Counted from the first letter of the stretch, positions 47,390-62,663 are shown. The stretch: 64,000 nucleotides of DNA from the human T2T-CHM13v2.0 reference genome, Homo sapiens (GCF_009914755.1 NC_060938.1), one strand, 5' to 3'. Numbers and translations are program-made. The notes: generated by a model from the letters alone, not told the origin.

Positions 47390-47630
47390 TAGGGCAGTGT
47401 AGCTTATGGCTTTGCTTGAATAGAAAGAGTTGATTTGGGATAATTGGATTTAAATCCTCTATTTACCACTTGCTAACTGGGTAAGTTTTTTAAACTAAAT
47501 TTCTGATTTTGCATGTGTAAAATGAGGATAAGCATATTTATCCCGAGGGTTGTAGTGAGCCTTAAATAGAATCAATTACATAGAAGTATATAGCAGTATG
47601 TTTGTGTGCTTAATAAGTGTTTGTCTTTAT
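47390..47630 (+). mobile_element. MIR
   Basis: Core tgtaaaatgaggataagcatatttatcccgagggttgtagtgag. Confidence 0.7.
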
Positions 47631-48047
47631 TATTTTAAAGAAATGACCAGAGAAAGCTTTACTTTTCTATTGCATATTTCCCTAGTGATTATATGGACAT
47701 AGAAGCAGTGCTTACAGTTACCTTGGAACCCATCAAGGAAAAATGAAGCAAATTCCTGCCCTGTTGCCCTTCTGGAACATTACATAGTTTAGATGAAAAT
47801 CAGCCAGAGCACAGTTAGACTCTATTAGCATAAGATTATGTTAGAAAATAGTGGGCATGATAAGGCCCTGAAGGAGAGTTCTAACTTGGAGAAGGATGGT
47901 GGAATTTTTTTATAGGGCTTTGACAGTAGGGGTCAGGCAAAGTTCAGTTTGAGGAGTAGTTAGTCAAGGATAGCTCTCAGAGGAGGGGAGAATTGATCAT
48001 GTACATTAGCAATTATTGGGCAATTTGAATTTTATTAAGAATGTTGG

Positions 48048-48516
<469 letters not shown>

Positions 48517-48591
48517 TCAGAGATCAAGGAGTTAGTGTTTTGTGGTGTGGGAAATTTCTCTCAGTCTTTGCTCCTTGCATTCTTTGTGCAG

Positions 48592-48887
48592 TTTTTTCTT
48601 TGTTTATTTCAGAGACAGGGTCTTGCTCTGTTGCCCAGGCTGGAGTACAGTGGTGTGATCATAACTCACTGCAGCCTTGAATTTCTGAGCTCAAGTGATC
48701 TTCCTGTCTAAGCCTCCTGAGTAGCTAGGACTACAAGTGTGTGCCACCACGTCTGGCTAAAAATTTTTTTTAGACATGGGTCTTGCTGTGTTGCCCAGAC
48801 TGGTCTGAAACTCCTGGCCTCAAGCAGTCCTCCCACCTCTGCCTCCCAAAGTGCTGAGATTAGGGGCGTGAGCTACCTCACCCAGCC
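48592..48887 (-). mobile_element. AluJ
   Basis: Dimer; TSD tgcagt. Confidence 0.9.
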
Positions 48888-51800
48888 TGCAGTGTGTCTT
48901 GGATCCTGTTATGTAGGTGCTCTGTAGTAGAGGAAACAGTAATATATGATAATGAAAAGCTTCAAAGTAGACATATGGCTGAAAGGGAGATTTGAATAGG
49001 GTTTTGCAGCAGCTATTTTAGTTGATGACACATCTTCAACTTAAATTGCAATTGCCTTTTTTCATTTCGCTTCATCCTTCTGTGATGATCCTAGTAGAAG
49101 TCAAATGAGATCATTTTTGATAGTTGGTTTGCAGGCTTCGGTGTATGCACCCAACCTTTCAAAGACTGCCTGTGCTTTTCAGGGAGCTCAGTTTTGTGAC
49201 TGAAAGGATCAGCTATTCTCTTCTACCTTTTTAATGCACTACTGGTTTCTAGCAGCTGCTGCTTAACGCTGTTCATTCTTGAGTTTGGTGAATTGTTTTC
49301 TGTGCTCCATGTGATTTCTTTGTCTTTATGAGGTACATTTTGACTACAGGTGAGCCAATTTCCTGTGAATATAATCTATGCTTTGAAATTAAATTATCTT
49401 TATCCTCTTTAAATATGTAAATCTTCTTAGTATCTGCTAGTTTGCCTCTTGCTTTGTGGCTCCTTGTGTTCCTCTTGTAATGCTTGCTTAGCTTTTAATT
49501 TAAATACCAGACTGTGTTGGTTAGCATCCATAGAAGACATAGGCCTATTCAGGAAAGTGTGAATATTTGGCCACCATATTTAGGATTATTGGGGCATTTC
49601 TTTCCAATTTTTCAGAGTACAGAAAAAGAGGTGAGTTTCCTATTCCTTCCTAATCAAGTTCACCATCGACCTTGTACTTTTTGAACCAACTTGAATAGAA
49701 AAAAAACAACCTGAAGAATAATATGTTTACTATTTCTACATGGATATACTGACTATAACTATGGAAAATATATTTGATTAGTTACATGAGGCTCTCATGG
49801 TAAATGTGTCAGATATAGTCAATATTTTAGTATTGTCATGTAGTATTAAGTATTTTTCCATCAATGATTAGAAAGTTATGATTTTTTGTTGTTCAGCAAA
49901 TTATCATGAAAAATTCAATAATGTTGCTTTTTCTTTTTGATAGCCAGAGGAAGTTAGAGAACAGATTTATCTAACACTAAACGGTCACTGGCAAGAACCT
50001 TTTCTTTGTAACATGTTACTTTGTTCCCTAACCTCATTCTCCTCCACCTGTAACAATGGTGAATATGAAGCAAGTGTTCAGTATCCTAGCTTTCTCTAAT
50101 TTTCTGGGACGTATCTCTTTTAGTCTCCGTATATTAAATCTTAGGGAACCTGAAAGGCTTCTTTATTAGCCTTTTTTATTTCTCCCTAAAAGTATTGATG
50201 TTTTTATAGGAATCTCTGCTATCCAGGGATAAAACATAACATGCAATTAAAAAAATTTCAGCCATTGAGAATGTTTTTATAAATGGACAGATCAGTTACT
50301 TAAAAAGTTCTATAGATTTGTGATTAAAAAAATAGTTCCCTATTTGAATAATTGTCCAGGAAATTAGCTGTTGATCATATTTAAAATATAACATAAAAAT
50401 GAGTCTTAAAATATGTATAGCTTCATTTGTGTTGATTGATGTTGTAACTTTTTTTGAGTAAAATGCATCATTAGAAAATGTATTTGGAATTACATTAAAA
50501 AGGTTTCTATGTTTTGTTTATTGGTATCACACACGTGTCATGTGGGTCATAGACTTGTTTCATAGTAAAACAGATGGCATGGCAAGGGAGAAGAAACTTA
50601 CATGCAAGTTTTTGCACAAATATCAAAGAAATTCAGTGTACTTTCTTTTCAAAAAAACATTAAAAACTCCAAAACCCAAGGAAGAAAAAGCTTCTTGCAT
50701 TTATATAACAATTCTTAATCTATTAGTTGCAGGGCAAAAATAATAAAATATTAATTATATAGTCAAAAATAGCTTTTAACTATGAAGAAGTCTTCCTATC
50801 AAATTCTTCTGTTCATTAAACCTACTTTTGGTTATTATTTAAATGTAATTGGGCAGTTCCAAGAAAAGCTTCAGAACAGCTGTAATTACAGCTGCAGATT
50901 TAGTCAAAATAGGGGCTGTAAGAGGCTGTTTACTCTCCTTTTGCGTCTCTTTCACCCCCACCCCAAATAACCCAAATTTAGTTGTAAAAGTTTTTGGTAA
51001 GCTCAGGATTTCTGAAACTGGAGTCTATGTATTTAACTGCATGCAGATGTGATGATTACATGTGACTTTTAAGGTTCCCATAACCTTTTAGTTCTTGTAT
51101 TGCTCTATGCACAGTTAAGTGATTTTTGTCAGCTGTGTCTGTATTGAATTTTACAGATACACGTATATTTTAAACACAGTTTAGTGATTTTTATCAAGGC
51201 CCAGGCATCTGCTCAAACTACTGAGAAGGGTAATAGTTTTCAATCTAAATTTGAGCTAATGTTGACATTATTACAAGTTGACTGGAAACATTTACAAAAG
51301 CCTGTATCTGTGTTAAAAAAATATATTTCTTCAAATTTTACTCTACTAGGAAATTGCCTTTGACTTCATCTGAAAACAAATTTGGCAAATGTCTTAATTT
51401 TTAGAGAAAGACCTACTATGATAAATCAAAAACTAAATACACATCTATGTCACATCCCTCCCTCCTCCCAGAGCTTTGATCTGGGGAGTTGATGGCATTC
51501 TAAGGTCTGGTTTTTAGTTAATCAGTCAGAGATTATATATAAGGGTTATGGAAGACTGTGGCAAAAAGCAAGGTTTAGAGCCTTTTTCCCTTTCCGAGTT
51601 AATTACCATTTCTTTTGCAGATGGCAGTTATGCTGAATATTGATCATAAGATACAATAACATATCTTGGATTCTCACCACAGTTTTACAGTGTTACCTAC
51701 TCAGAATCTGGTTCAAAATTGTAGTGACTTGTTGAATTGCACATAGGGAAATTTGAAGAGCCTTCTGCTAAAGCCAACAATTTAACACTTTTAGTTAGAA

Positions 51801-53004
51801 GACCAAGTGAAACTTGCCTGTATTTGCATTGGACCATATTAAAACTGGTAAGGGTATAAAATTATATAGGACATGGTTCTTACCTCAAAGTACAGTGGGT
51901 AGACAAGGTGCAAATATATGCATTAAAATAATACATCAATGATTAGGGTAAATAAACTTACTTTTAAATCCCCAGACTCAACAACTCTTTAAATCTTGAA
52001 TTCTAAAGATCGAGACCAACTTTCTTACAGATGAGGAAACATATTCAGAGAAGTGCAGTGAATTGTCATTAATCAAAGGGGGTTTATAGGTCATTCTAAA
52101 TATGAGCTCAGTAATGACAATAGGTAGCAAGTTAACTTTGCTTTTTAAATCTTGAATGTCAGCTAATGTTGACTGATTGCTTGTTTCAAGTATTTTTACA
52201 GAGAAACTTCTGGTCCTTTTCTCATGTGAGTCCAGTGGGAATATCAGCAGCATGGGGACAATAGGTTATTTTCAGACTGGATAAAATTGAACAGAAGCCA
52301 TTTCAGAGAATACTGGAGAACTGAAAAGAATAATAAAACACATTCATTAAGGCAAAATAAGGGAACTATATTTATAAAATCACATAATTTTTAAAGCACG
52401 AATTGATTTATAGGTATGAGGAAAGGTAGCAGGTAAAATGTGATATGGAATATAATTTTGATGATTAAGTATAACTTAATAATTATGTGAGGAAAAAGGA
52501 ATTAACAGAAAATCTTTTAGGAAGGTAAATAGAACTTTGAGACTTTAGTAAGATAGGAAAAGTGAAATGTGAAAAACAAGTTAATTTTATATAGGGAGGC
52601 TATAGATTTAACTCATTGTTAAAAACTTGTCATCATCACAATCTTTTTGTGCCTTCTTCCTTACCCCACTGGTTCTCTCTTAAGAGAAGCTCTGGTGTCA
52701 TGTGTTGTGATGTAATATAGTGCTGTAAAGTTCTGATTTTGTCACTTACAACCAGCCTGGTCTTGGAATAAAATTTTGCTTATGAAGACATTAAAAAAAT
52801 GAATAATTTTGAATTAGTTACTTGGACTTGTGAGCTTCAGTTACTTAGCAAAAAATGAGATTATGTCTTCAATGTGCCTAATTATACAATTGTTGGGACA
52901 ATCAAGTGAAATCACATGAAAGTGTTTTAAAAACCAAAGGTAAGTAATATTTTTTTCATATTAAAACTGTAGATTCAATCCAACATGACAGATATTTATA
53001 AGCA

Positions 53005-53430
53005 TGTTAAATCAAGTTTAGCCGAAAGCTGCCTTCTTACTTCAGTTTAGCCTAAAGGTTTTTGAGCTATAACAAGTGGAGGCATATTGTGAGCTATAAC
53101 AAGTGGAGGCAGAAACAGACTGTAGCCACACTTGTGCCAGTCACTAAGTTTTGGCCAATCAAATGTAGTCAACTGTTCAAACTGTGTTCAAATAAGGCAA
53201 ACACCAACCTGTAACCAGTCCAGCTGTTTTTGTACGTCACTTCCTTTTTCTGTATGTCACTTCCTTTTTCTGTACATCACTTTCCTTTTTCTGTCCTTAA
53301 ATCTTCCACCATGTGGCTGTGCTGGAGTCTCAGCGCCTACTCTGGCTTAGGAGCGTGCCTGATTTGCAGATTGTTCATTGTTCAGTTAAACTCCTTTAAA
53401 TTTAATTCTGCTGAAGTTTTTCTTTTATCA
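53005..53430 (+). mobile_element. MER57A-like ERV1 solo LTR inserted in an L2 fragment
   Basis: tgttaaatcaagtttagcc..tttatca termini; flanks agca/agta. Confidence 0.8.
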
Positions 53431-54864
53431 AGTACCTAATATGTCAGACGCAGTGTTGTAGACTTTAGATTTCAGGAGAAGGAAGAGAAAGGAAATAAAA
53501 CATAATGTAAATGTCTATAATATATGACAGAATATGAAAAGGGTAATAAGAGATTCAGCTTACCTATATTTTGGCTTAGGCAAAGAGTTACCCACCTGAA
53601 TCTGCTCTAAGTCCATGAGGCTTGTTTACCACAAGTGGCAAAGTAGGAATTTTGACCATTTCGTGTCTCTGTCTCTCCCTCCCCACCTGCTTCCCTTCTC
53701 TCCTCCCCTTTATCTCCCCACTCCCTCTCTGTCTCCCCATCTCTCTCCCTGCCATAAGGTGAAAGTTTAAACTTGGGCTCTCCAATAGTTGCAGATAGGA
53801 GCTTGTTGATTTTTTTGTGTACAAGCGTGAATCAGTGGCCAAGTCAAAGTGCCATAAGGAATGTACAATTTTTAGACTTTGGTGAGTATTGCCAATGATA
53901 TAGCGTCTAGATTTTAATATCTGCATTGTATACCTTTCCAGGGCATAGAGGATTAAAGGGGGACTTTAGAAACAACTATTTCAGTCATCTGTGAAGATAC
54001 TTTTTACAGAATCCCAGACTTAGCTTGACGGCTTTTTATAGTGAGGAATCTTTCTATCATGTAATGCAGACCACTTTATTATGGGCTCCAGTATTTGGAG
54101 TTCTTAGTCCCAAATGACCACCTTCTCCCTCTGTTATTCTGTATTCTTTTCATTTTGTTAGATATATTTTGGCTTGACTGAAGAGAGAACCTGTTGATGG
54201 GGAAGCTAGGAATAGAAAGAGAAGGGATAGGTTCAGGAAGCTTGACAAAAAAGGAAATAATGGTAGTAATAATGGTTAATAATTCTTAGCACTGAAGTCT
54301 CAGGTACTGTGCTAAATGCTTTTCTTATATTATAACCTATAGAATTGATGTTTTAATATTAAATATTAATTAAATGAAAGATTAGTTTGATAGTAAATAA
54401 TAGTATTTACCCTCTGTTACAGAAAAGAAACTGAGCTACAATAATTTGCCCAGCAAAAGGTAGAGTTCTTGCTGGGCTATTGATTCTAGAGACCAAACCT
54501 TTAACATTGCCATGTATTGTCTCTTAGGGATAACCTTGGAGGCCTCTTTGGGAAAAATTTTCTCCTTTTTTTTTTCTAAGTATGATAGTGTTTGGAAATA
54601 AAAGATTAACATTTCAAGGCTGGTAATTTGGGTGGAAGTGGGGAGGAGGTGAATAAAATTTATTCAATATTTTAAGGTTAGATGAAGAGATAAGGAAAGG
54701 AAGGAACCTGGAAGCAGATGAGTGAATGTAATATGCTTTGTTAGTCAGGGAGAAAGGAAATTTTGGTTTAGCTGTTGTAATGACTACATTTTATAATACT
54801 ATATAAACATGCAAGTTTGATCTTTGTATAGTTTAGTAAAAGCTATGGTCATTAGTTTATAGTC

Positions 54865-55162
54865 CAGTGCTGTCCAATAGAAATGTAGAGTGAACCACAC
54901 ATGTAATTTTTTAACTTTTTGTTAGCTACATTTAAAAAGCAAAAAGAAGCAGTTAAAATTGGTTTCAGTTATTTAACGTAATGTATTCAAAATATTTCAA
55001 CAACTAATCAATATAAAAATATCAATTAGAGTTTTACATTCTTTTATTCATATTAAGTCTTTGAAATCCATGTGTATTTTACACTTATAGCACATCTCAG
55101 TTCAAACTAACCACATTTCATATGGCTACATTTGGCTACTGAATACCTTACCAGACAGTGCA
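54865..55162. mobile_element. MER33/MER3 hAT-Charlie MITE
   Basis: cagtgctgtccaatagaaat..gacagtgc termini. Confidence 0.8.
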
Positions 55163-55350
55163 TTTACATACTATTAGAAGAGAAAAGGTTTATTGTAGTT
55201 GCTATGTTCATAAAAAGTTTCTGATTGAATTACAAGTAGATGGCTTATTCTGCCTCTGTATGTAACAAACAAGGAGTGAAGAGGAATCTGGGGCTGCAAA
55301 GCATCGCTCTCCAGTTGTATCCAGAGAATCTACTCAGGAGGGGCAACGTA

Positions 55351-55510
55351 TTTTTTTATTTTTTATTTTTTAAATTTTACTTTAAGTTCTGGGATACATG
55401 TGCAGAATGTGCAGGTTCGTTGCATAAGTATACATGTGCCATGGTGGTTTGCTGCACCTATCAACCCATCATCTAGGTTTTAAGCCCCGCATGCATTAGG
55501 TATTTGTCTG
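55351..55510 (-). mobile_element. L1PA 3' tip
   Basis: ttttaagttctgggatacatgtgcagaatgtgcagg. Confidence 0.85.
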
Positions 55511-57156
55511 AGGAATGAAACTATAAACATATTAAATCCTATAAAAAGAAAAAAAAGTAAGGTTCTGAAGGGTTCCAGAATTCAGGAGACGGAAGAGAAA
55601 GGATATTTTTTATACTTAAGGAAGTGGGGAGGAAGGTTTACCAAATGTTTAGGTTTCTGCTGATTGAGGCTTTGTTGTATAGTTAGAAGGACTTCCAAGA
55701 GACTCCAGAATTTCTGCTATCGTAGTTCTGGGCTCTGGTTTTACCTAAAAACTCAATGCTTTTTCTCTAGATAGAGCTCTGGAGGAGAGGCACACAGTTC
55801 TTACTTAGTGTGAAACATGGTGTTTGTTGGTTTAGGGACTTTGTACCTCTTTCTGGAACCTTTCAGAACCTTTTTTTTTCTTTTTATAGGATTTAATATG
55901 TTTATAGTTTCATTCCTCAGGCAGGAATTACTGAAGTTTGCTTTTCCCTTAAAAAAAAAAAAACCCAGTAAATTAAATAATCACATTTAAAAAACTATAG
56001 CAAATCTTTTCTAACTATGAAAGTTAAAAAAAGTCATGTATTCTTTGTGAAAAGTTAGGTAATTGAGATACCTGTTTTTACATATTAAATGAACAGGTCT
56101 CAAGCAGAGTTTTCACTTTGGCTGCTGCTTCTTGCACTGGGGTTCCTTGGGCAGGAGCACTCTGGTGAATCATCACCTCTGGTTTGGATGTAGTAGTACT
56201 GGATATTTTGTTTCTTTTAAGGAGAGTGTGAACAAATGGGAGTTATGTGTTCCTCCGGGGTATGGTCCATTTGTATATTGCTCTTTATCTGTGTATCATA
56301 TTTTATTTGGCTAAGAGCCTAATTATAATATATTTAATTTTTAAAAATCTTAGCTATTTGTAGGGTTTAAAAAACTAAACAACAGCAATAGGATTTGTAT
56401 TGCTAATTGAGAGATACCAGGTTAAAATACAAGTTTTCTATATAATTTAGCAGAATAAAACACACTTATCATTTTTCCATTTTCTGAATTTGTAATATGC
56501 TAATGTTATCAGTATATAATATTTTTTGCTATGACTAATTGTGTTATATTTGTTGTGAATGTAGTCTTGGTTCAAGTAGGGGTAAGGAGGTATTTTGGAA
56601 ACCAGTGCTTACCATTTTGGGGATAGGTGGTGGGAATAGACAAGCTAGAAATACACTTGGAAGGAAGAAAACCATTTAGTAGGAACTTGAGATGAGGGGA
56701 GAAACAGACATTTTTAGGAAAGTGTAGTGTTTTAAAAAATAAATTTAGACACAAAAAATTAATCATTAGGAACATAATCAGATTTTAGAAAAATTTAAGT
56801 AGAAAAAAATCACGTTAAATAGATAACTTTGAAGTAAATACTAATTATGTTTATATTTTGAGGGGAGGAAATAAGTCTCTTAGTTGGCCCCCTTGAGGCT
56901 GCCTAGATGTGGAGAACCATAAGACTGAGTTTGTACCATCTTTGAGTTAAAAAGCTAACCCTGAGTGATTTTGGAATAGATTCCTTTAACATATTTTCAG
57001 TCATATTCCTTTTAGAATTATTATTACATAGATTTCCTAATTTGTAATTCTCAAGTGCTGTGAAACATTAAACATTTTTAGCAACCTCAACCCATCATAG
57101 TCCTATGACTGCCCTTCTTTCACTTTTAGTCATATAGGAACATTTATAAGAGTATC

Positions 57157-57521
57157 TGATATGGTTAGACTTTGTCTCCTCACCCAAATCTCATCTTGAA
57201 TTGTAATCCCCATAATCCCCACGTGTCAAGGGAGAGACCTGGTGGGAGGTGACTGGATCATGGGGGTCGTTCCCCCATGCTGTTCTCATGTTAGTGAGTT
57301 CTCATGAGATCTGATGGTTTTATACGTGTCTGACAGTTCCTCCTTCACCCACTCGCTCTCTCTTGCCTGCCGCCATGTAAGACATGCCTCTTCCCCTTCT
57401 GCCATGATTGTAAGTTTCCTGAGGCCTCCCCAGCCATGCAGAACTGTGAGTCAATTAAACCTCTTTTCTTTATAAATTACCCAATTTTGGGCAGTTCTTC
57501 ATAGCAGTGTGAGAATGGACT
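57157..57521 (+). mobile_element. THE1D/MSTA MaLR LTR
   Basis: tgatatggttagactttg..cccaaatctcatcttgaattgtaatccc..gagtcaattaaacctc. Confidence 0.88.
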
Positions 57522-57624
57522 CTGGCCATGATTTTCTTGGTATGACTCAGGAAAATTCTTCTATGGGGTATGGCTGTGGAGTGGTTTTGTGCTTGCTGTT
57601 GTTGCCGTGGTGCTTCAGAAAGTT

Positions 57625-57800
57625 AGCCTAGATTAAAGAGTTCAGGTTTTGGAGTCACATGGGTTGTCTTGAATTCTGTCTCTGACCCTTAACTACCCCT
57701 GTGACATTGGGCAAGTTACTAGACCTCAGTTTCCTCAACTGCAAATTGGAAATAATAGCAACCACCTCCTAGGGTTGTGATGAAGTTTAAGGATAAATGC
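57625..57800 (+). mobile_element. MIR
   Basis: gggcaagttacttagacctcagtttcctcaactgcaaa. Confidence 0.75.
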
Positions 57801-59849
57801 TGCTCTTTTTATTGAGCATTTATTTATTCCAGCCAGACACTGTGTTACATACTTCATATGCAGTATATAATTTAATTTGTATGTGTATATTAGAGTATGT
57901 AAAAGTTCATTTCCAACGGTAATATATGTCCAGTAACCGGTTGCTATTACTTTTTCTATATGTTGATTCCTTAATCAGAAGTTGATGTTCCTAAGATGAA
58001 AGATGGGAATGGGCATTTTGATCAGATCTGAAGGACTTGTTTGGAAGTTGACAGTGGTTTGAAGGTGAAATATTTACTAGAGTGTGGTTCAAGGATAATC
58101 TGCATGGTAATTACCTTGGAAGCTTGTTAAAATGTAGAGTTTTGTGTTTGTCATCTGAAACTCTGAGTCTGAATCAGGATCTCTGGCCGTGGAGCCCAGA
58201 CCCTGCAGTTTTATAAGCTTAATCATAATTCTTATTCTCTATGAAGTTTTTGAATCATCTTTTTAATTTATTCTTCCCGATGATTAAAAAATGATTCTAA
58301 TGATTTTTAAATATTTTTATTTGATGTAATGAGCTTTCCATTTTATTGGTAATGGAGGTGGTAAATTTTTTCCATTTAAATGTTTACATATATGTGATTT
58401 TTGTATGTTATAAGAGTTTAATGGGTGGTGACATTCATTCAGCTAATGTTTAGTAAATATTAAAATATTAAAATTTATAAAATACAATTTACTTATTTGG
58501 AGTATTTTAAAATGAATATATCATTTTATTCAGTTATTCAAACAAAATGATTGTTGAGACTATGAGTAAAATAGTCTCAATTTACTATAAAATATGTCAT
58601 ATTTTACTCAGTTTATAGTCTCCGAATAGGGTGGGAAAGGAGAGCAGATTGAGAATGTGCTGTTATGAAGCTAGGTGGAGAGGGGAAGGGAGCGATTTTC
58701 TGCTGCTAACTAGAAGAAAAGCATAACTACAAATAATTTATATAACTAATAAGATTTCAAAGCAGATAGAAATTTTCAGGGAGTTTTGGTCAGAGTCATT
58801 TTATTAGTCATATTATTTAATGAAAGAATAATCAGGAATGCTCAGCCTCTGTGTTTTCTACTATTGCTTTGCTCCCTAAGAACGCTCTTTTAGATTTTAT
58901 CTGTCTATTCTTTTGAGTTTTATCTTTGCCTTCCTGGGAAGTCTCACTCGACTTTTTAGGAAATCAAGTTGTATCCCCACAGTGCTTCACATGACCTTAT
59001 TTTTTTTAGATTCTTCAAGTAAAATCTTACTCAAAGGAACCAATAAATTGCCTCACGTCATAATTTTAAACTTAAGTGTTTGGAAGACTAATTTCAGTGA
59101 GTCTTTGCATTGGTATCTTTAGCCCACAAATCTTTTTGGCTCCAGTATCCACTTTAATAATTCTTATGGGTTAAGTAACTGTATTTTTAATATCTGTAGT
59201 TTTGTTCATTATCAGAAACTAGGTCACCAGGGTTTGTTGTGTCATTGTTAATTAAAAAGGTATTGTATGCTTTTTTTTTGGAATGTGCTTGTACTGAATG
59301 AAGCCAAAATATGTTAGTAATGCTCTGCTTTAAATACTCATAGAATATAATTTTGCATATTTTAAACTCAATCTATCTGCCAGTACAACAATGTTATTTA
59401 TCTCTGAGAATTTTGACTATTCTTTCATGCTATTTAGAATTCAATGAATTGTTAAAACTTCTAGTAGGCTTTTTACTGACAGTCTCTGTCTGACTTCTCC
59501 TTTACAAGTTTTCCTCAATATTTTCAGAAGTAACATTTGGGTCTTACTGAAATAGGAATTTTTGGTTCTATAGTAGCAGATGGAAACAGTAGACTTTTTT
59601 AGAGGTTGGAAGCAGTGGGATACAGAGAAGGAGAAAAATCAGACTAAATTTATGTCATGCCTCTTTCATTGTGAAAAATAATTATAGCCTCATGTACATT
59701 ACTTTTCTGAGGGTTGTAGTGGTGGTAATGGTTGTGGAAGTAGTAATAGTTGTAGGGATGAATTAAGGAGGCATTGGGTAAGAACGTGTCTCCCAACATA
59801 GGATTTCAGTTACTTCCCAAATATAAATAACAGTGGTTATTACCAAAAA

Positions 59850-59998
59850 TTTTTCTTCAAGCGACAGTGATCTCACTGTATGTTGCCCAGGCTGGCCTGA
59901 AACTCCTAGGCTCAAGTGATTCTCCTGCCTCAACCTCCCAAGTTGCTGGGACTACAGACACACACACACACCACCATACCTGGCTGAATTTTTTTTTA
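59850..59998 (-). mobile_element. FLAM-like Alu monomer
   Basis: gttgcccaggctggcctgaaactcctaggctcaag. Confidence 0.75.
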
Positions 59999-60296
59999 AC
60001 CAGAGAAGAGCACACTAATTTTTTCTTTACCCTTATAGCATTTTCATTACCAGTTATTATACTTTCATTCTGAATGATTTCAGAATGTTTGGGGATGGTG
60101 TTGATAAACTAGAATTATTTTGTGGTTAAGTAGAGGCCCTCAAACAGAGTACAGCTCAAGTCTCAGGTTTACCACTTTTTTTTTTAAGTAGTACATGGGG
60201 CAAATTATTTAATATCTTATTTTGCCATAACTAATTATTAATAAATATCTACTTTATAGGTGTGTTGATGATTAAATCAATTTGTAAAGAATAATG

Positions 60297-60598
60297 GGCT
60301 GGGTGCAGTGGCTTGTGCCTGTAATCCCAACACTTTGGGAGGCCGAGGTGGGAGGATTACTTGAGCCTAGGAGTTCGAGATAATTCTGAGCAACAAGCGA
60401 GGCCTCATATGTATAAAAAATGAAAAACTTAGGCTGGTGCGGTGGTGTGTGCCTGTAGTCTCAGCTACATGGGAGGCTGAGGCAGGAGGATTGCTTGAGT
60501 CCATCGAGGTCTATCCAGGCTGCAGTGATCTGTGATTGTACCATTGCACTCCAGCCTGAGCAACACAGCAAGACCCTGTCTCAAAAAAAAAAAAAAAA
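60297..60598 (+). mobile_element. AluJ
   Basis: Dimer with tail. Confidence 0.9.
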
Positions 60599-62663
60599 TG
60601 CTAGCAAATAGTATGTGTTGAATATTTAGTTATAAGTATTATTCACTCTCTAAAATAGTCTTCTTAGTAAACTCTAATTGACCTTAGGGTAAAAAAATTT
60701 TTATATTTAAAAGCTCAGAAAAATTCAGCTTAGTTATTTTTAGGCTGGTGTTTGGTCTCACATACACACTTAACGCCCCTTTCAAACTGTTATGGAACAA
60801 TGTTTTTCAAACTTTAATGTGCATATGGGATTGTGTAGGGATCATAATAACATGTAGATTCTTATTCAGTAGTTTTGGAATAGGATGAGATGTTACCTTT
60901 CCAACAAGCTCCTGTTGGTAATCTGGATGTAGCTCATTCTTATAACACACTTTGAGTAGCACAGTTATGCAGTGTTCCATTAAGTGGTTCTCATTCCTGC
61001 TTTCAGTATATTATAAACACTTAGATATTTTTTGTTCTTTATGCCTTGGCTCTGTGTCATACCAGTTAAATTAGAGCTTTGCCTTTGGGGTTCTGGGCAT
61101 CATCGTCGTCATCATTGTCGTCATCATCATCATCATTTTTTCTTTCGGTAAAAATATCCTGGATCATTCTCTTGTGAAACTAGCATTAAGAGCCACCACT
61201 TTAGTTATCTGAAGGAGAGTCATAAGCTAAGAAGCTACATTTTAGGTCTTCTCTTACTTTGTTGTCTTCCATTTTAAGCTCATTTCCTCTGTAGAGATGA
61301 TGGTGGACAGCTGGTTAGAACTCTTAAACTGGAAGGCAGTTAATATGTTGGCCTGAAGTTTTCTTTTCGCTAGACTAAAAGGTTTGACTGTTGAACCTTT
61401 CTTTATGGATCCTATTTCCTATCCCTTTTCATCATTTGTATAGTCTTCTTTGGACTTTCCCTAATTTCTCAATAGTCTCCTTAAAGTGTAATAACCCAAA
61501 CTAGATACAAAACTGCTGTAACAAAACTGAACAATGGCAGAGGCAGAAGAATATAGATCTAAAAATCTGTGGTTTTCATTAGCGTTGAAAACTTGTATTT
61601 GCTTCAGACTTTTTATTGGCCTTTTCTTTATGTTTTTCAGGGTTAAAATGTGTTTTATGCCATGATATTTGTTTCAATATATTCCTTTCTTAGGTTATGC
61701 TTCTTCTTTCTTCCTCAACTGTGCTTCTTGTATCCATTTCCCATCTTGCACCTATTTTGGAGGAGAGGCAGTAAATATTTTCTTATGGACTTACCATGTT
61801 TGGGAAGACCGTTTTCCAAAGCGATCAAGATCATGTTAAATTTTATTCCATCTAGCCATGATGGCTCAGTTAGGATCAGGTCAGGAAAACAGTCCACACT
61901 AAATACTCGAGGCAGGAGGATTTCTTGAGACCAGGAGTTTGAGACCAGCCTGGGTAACATAGTAAGACCTGTCTCTACAGAATTACAAACAAAAACAAAA
62001 AATTTCAGCCCAGAAAATTTAATACAGGGAAGGGATTATACAGGTATTGGAGGGCTGAAAAAGCAAACAGGGAACACTGGGGTAACACAGAGACAATATT
62101 TGCAGGAATTAGCCACTATTCATATGGTTGAGGGGGAAATAAGAACTTGGAGTTGGGACCTCATAGAATTGGGGTTCAAAACCTCTGGAGGGGGTACTTC
62201 CTGACAGCTGTTGGTATGTCTGAGGGGAATTTCTGAGAGTGCCAGAAAAAGCTGGTGGTTATCACTGCTACTGCTGGGGTGGAGGATCTATGCTGGGCAA
62301 TGCTGACTGGAAAAAGCATGTACTGCATTCTCCCTCTAGTGTCCTTATTGGCAGTGTGAGGAAGCTAGCTGCAGAAGAGAAAAGTAGTTTTCAGAGTTTT
62401 ATTTTCAGTATTACAAAGATGAGTATTAAAGGGTAGATTTGGATCTGAGAGAAAATAGCTGAATAACCAGTATATATAGCCTTCTCTTCTGGTCAAAGGA
62501 GGCCATAGGCCTTTGGTCTCTTGGTCTCTTTTCCTAGCTACTTGGACCCCAGACCCAGATATTCTTAATGCTGAGGGTTTGGAAGGAAAGTTGTTATTAT
62601 TATTTAAAAAATTAATTTGTTTAGTTAATGTGATGGGGGAGGGGGCATGAGACGGGTCTACTT

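Noticed and set aside
49000-52900. Repeat-poor AT-rich stretch as a possible regulatory or lncRNA region
   Set aside because: No exon, motif cluster or structure I can support without conservation data.
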